Shown one piece after another: positions 22,523-24,000 of a stretch of DNA of 24,000 nt. Every line of letters begins with the position of its first letter. Within the stretch, counting starts at the first letter, position 1. The notes under the pieces were generated by a model. It saw only the letters and a program-made list of their open reading frames with translations. It was not told where the DNA came from and ran no database searches. Origin of the DNA: an uncultured Planctomycetaceae bacterium (GTDB lineage: Bacteria; Planctomycetota; Planctomycetia; Pirellulales; Lacipirellulaceae); contig CALALR010000040.1 in the NCBI GenBank assembly GCA_937925545.1, positions 125,258-149,257 of the forward strand. The letters run 5' to 3'. The position numbers and the translations under genes were made by a program.

Positions 22523-24000
22523 TTACTCGACGACTCGCAACTTCATTTCATCCGAATTCGCCTTCAACTCGGGGGCATACATCGCGTAGGCCTTGGTGGG
22601 TAGCGCACTGAATTGCCCAGGGATTTCTGCGTGAAGGCGGTAAGAGATGCTGTGCCGACCTCGAGCCAATCGTTGCAGGAACAGGGTGACTCGTTCGTCG
22701 CGAAGTTCAACATAAGCCCCCAGTTCATTCCGATTATATCCGCTGCGAACTTCGACAGGCTCCAGTCCTGCCGCTTTCATATCTTCGAGCAAGATGTACT
22801 CGTAGTCATTCTTGCTCTCGATCGTAAGTTCAACTTCCACTAGATCGCCGCTCTTTACCTCGGCAAGGTTCACGAGCGGAGTTCGATCGTATTTTTCCAC
22901 GTCTTGCACAACTACCTGGCCACGACCGCCTGCTACCGTTGTCTGTTTGTCGGCTCGTGTGAGTTTGAAGTAATTGCGATCGACTTTGATCTCCAAACCG
23001 GCGGCCTTGATGTCATCTTCCAGCGTAAAATTCGTGAGATATCCGCTGTAATAAATGGGCGAATCTCCTTCTTTGCGAAGTTCGACAGTGTGTCTCCCCG
23101 CAGTAAGTGCAGCTCCCTCGAGCACGAGTTTGTTGTCAAACGAGAACAGGTTATCCTTGGTGATTGTGATCGACTTCTGCTCTTTTCCATCGATCCAAAC
23201 TCCCAGTGTAACATTTGGCTCGACTTCGCCCGTCGCCCGCAGGTAGTCAGCAAAGGCCTCGACTACCAGGGCTGTATCACGGGTGCTGTTCCAATAGCGG
23301 GCGTGCTTGCGGTTATTGAGCAGGTATTTCACCAATCGGGGTGCAATTTCGCTCTGCGGATCTTCGGAAACGAGCAGTTTCAGATAGTACGCGTGCGCTT
23401 CATATTCACTGCCATACCAATACCACCAGGTATCACCAGGGAGCTCTAACCAGGCAGTTTGATTTTCATCGTCTTCGCGTAGGTACTGGCTGATGTTACG
23501 CAATACCATGGTCAGCTTGTCTTCATCGCTGAGTTTTTCCAGGGCAATGCCGTAGGTCGCAAGGCTGTAGACTGCCAGTTTGGTACGGTCGCGGTAAAGA
23601 TATTCGCGCATCTTGTCCGAAACTTCGCTCGACTCGGGTGAAGTGGCTCCCTGTTCGGCAAGCACCATGAATACGAGTGCATCGAGGTTGTCAGCGTGGG
23701 GTTTCGAGTGGATTTTTCCCCGTTGTTCGGCGGGTAGTTTTTGCTCACTTTCGTAGTTTTCGATGAGCCGAACCTGCTCGGCCTGATAGTTGGCTAGCCA
23801 GGCGATGCCTCGATCCAACACACCGGGAACCAGGGCCACCTCATTCTGCACGGCGATCTGTAACCCATGCACGACGACAGCCGTGGTATGTGGTGTGCTT
23901 CGTTCGTTAAATCCGCTAAACCAGCCCCACCCGCCGTCGCCTAGCTGCATCTCGGTGAGTCGATTCACGCCTGCCTTGACGATCTTCGACAACTCGGCTT
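22523..24000 (-). CDS. Alpha-2-macroglobulin-family protein, C-terminal part (5'-partial; ORF open to the window edge)
   Basis: Helical thioester-domain-like region with TEMQLGDGGWGWF and repeated aromatic-rich helices. This is followed by beta-rich C-terminal domains. The N-terminus, including any CxEQ thioester or lipobox, lies outside the window. Confidence 0.8.
   Translation of the reverse strand, partial: AELSKIVKAGVNRLTEMQLGDGGWGWFSGFNERSTPHTTAVVVHGLQIAVQNEVALVPGVLDRGIAWLANYQAEQVRLIENYESEQKLPAEQRGKIHSKPHADNLDALVFMVLAEQGATSPESSEVSDKMREYLYRDRTKLAVYSLATYGIALEKLSDEDKLTMVLRNISQYLREDDENQTAWLELPGDTWWYWYGSEYEAHAYYLKLLVSEDPQSEIAPRLVKYLLNNRKHARYWNSTRDTALVVEAFADYLRATGEVEPNVTLGVWIDGKEQKSITITKDNLFSFDNKLVLEGAALTAGRHTVELRKEGDSPIYYSGYLTNFTLEDDIKAAGLEIKVDRNYFKLTRADKQTTVAGGRGQVVVQDVEKYDRTPLVNLAEVKSGDLVEVELTIESKNDYEYILLEDMKAAGLEPVEVRSGYNRNELGAYVELRDERVTLFLQRLARGRHSISYRLHAEIPGQFSALPTKAYAMYAPELKANSDEMKLRVVE

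Overview
The window reads as a gene-dense, moderately GC-rich (by eye, not computed) bacterial chromosomal segment made up almost entirely of core metabolism. I call 26 coding regions plus one short 3' gene fragment at the left edge. Twenty-two consecutive genes (1630-20879) lie on the minus strand. A secreted sulfatase, a large alpha-2-macroglobulin-like protein, an HU/IHF protein with a tail and many conserved hypotheticals suggest a Planctomycetota (Pirellulales-like) origin. That origin is inference only. Content from left to right: (i) an orphan formylglycine-type sulfatase. (ii) A six-gene nucleoside/nucleotide catabolic cluster: thymidine phosphorylase, two tandem PunA-type purine nucleoside phosphorylases, deoxyribose-phosphate aldolase, a stand-alone AMP-nucleosidase catalytic domain and a GuaD-like guanine deaminase. 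(iii) acpS, trpS and pyrD. (iv) A small lipoprotein and an HU/IHF gene flanked by unusually long spacers. (v) A tightly coupled operon: large FAD/Fe-S oxidoreductase, moaD, moaE, moaA, SufS/CsdA-like cysteine desulfurase, YkgJ Cys-cluster protein. (vi) Two membrane proteins of unknown function, then folE, a LON-N-domain protein and a DUF309 protein. (vii) nth and dcd on the plus strand, followed by the 3' part of an alpha-2-macroglobulin-family gene on the minus strand. I found no tRNA or rRNA genes, CRISPR arrays, transposases, integrases, toxin-antitoxin pairs or recognisable defence genes, so I cannot claim a clearly novel system. The observations most worth a second look are these. The translational (ATGA) coupling of a YdiJ-like FAD/Fe-S/CCG oxidoreductase to a Moco sulfur-carrier operon that carries its own cysteine desulfurase. 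Active-site residue differences between the two tandem PNP paralogs. A recurring intergenic module (GC hairpin + GCGGC + tandem TAACCAC) placed a fixed distance before two SD-less start codons. A 25-bp nested inverted repeat downstream of folE. Several N-terminal extensions in the supplied ORF track start at TTG or GTG and are probably too long; I give the starts I prefer.
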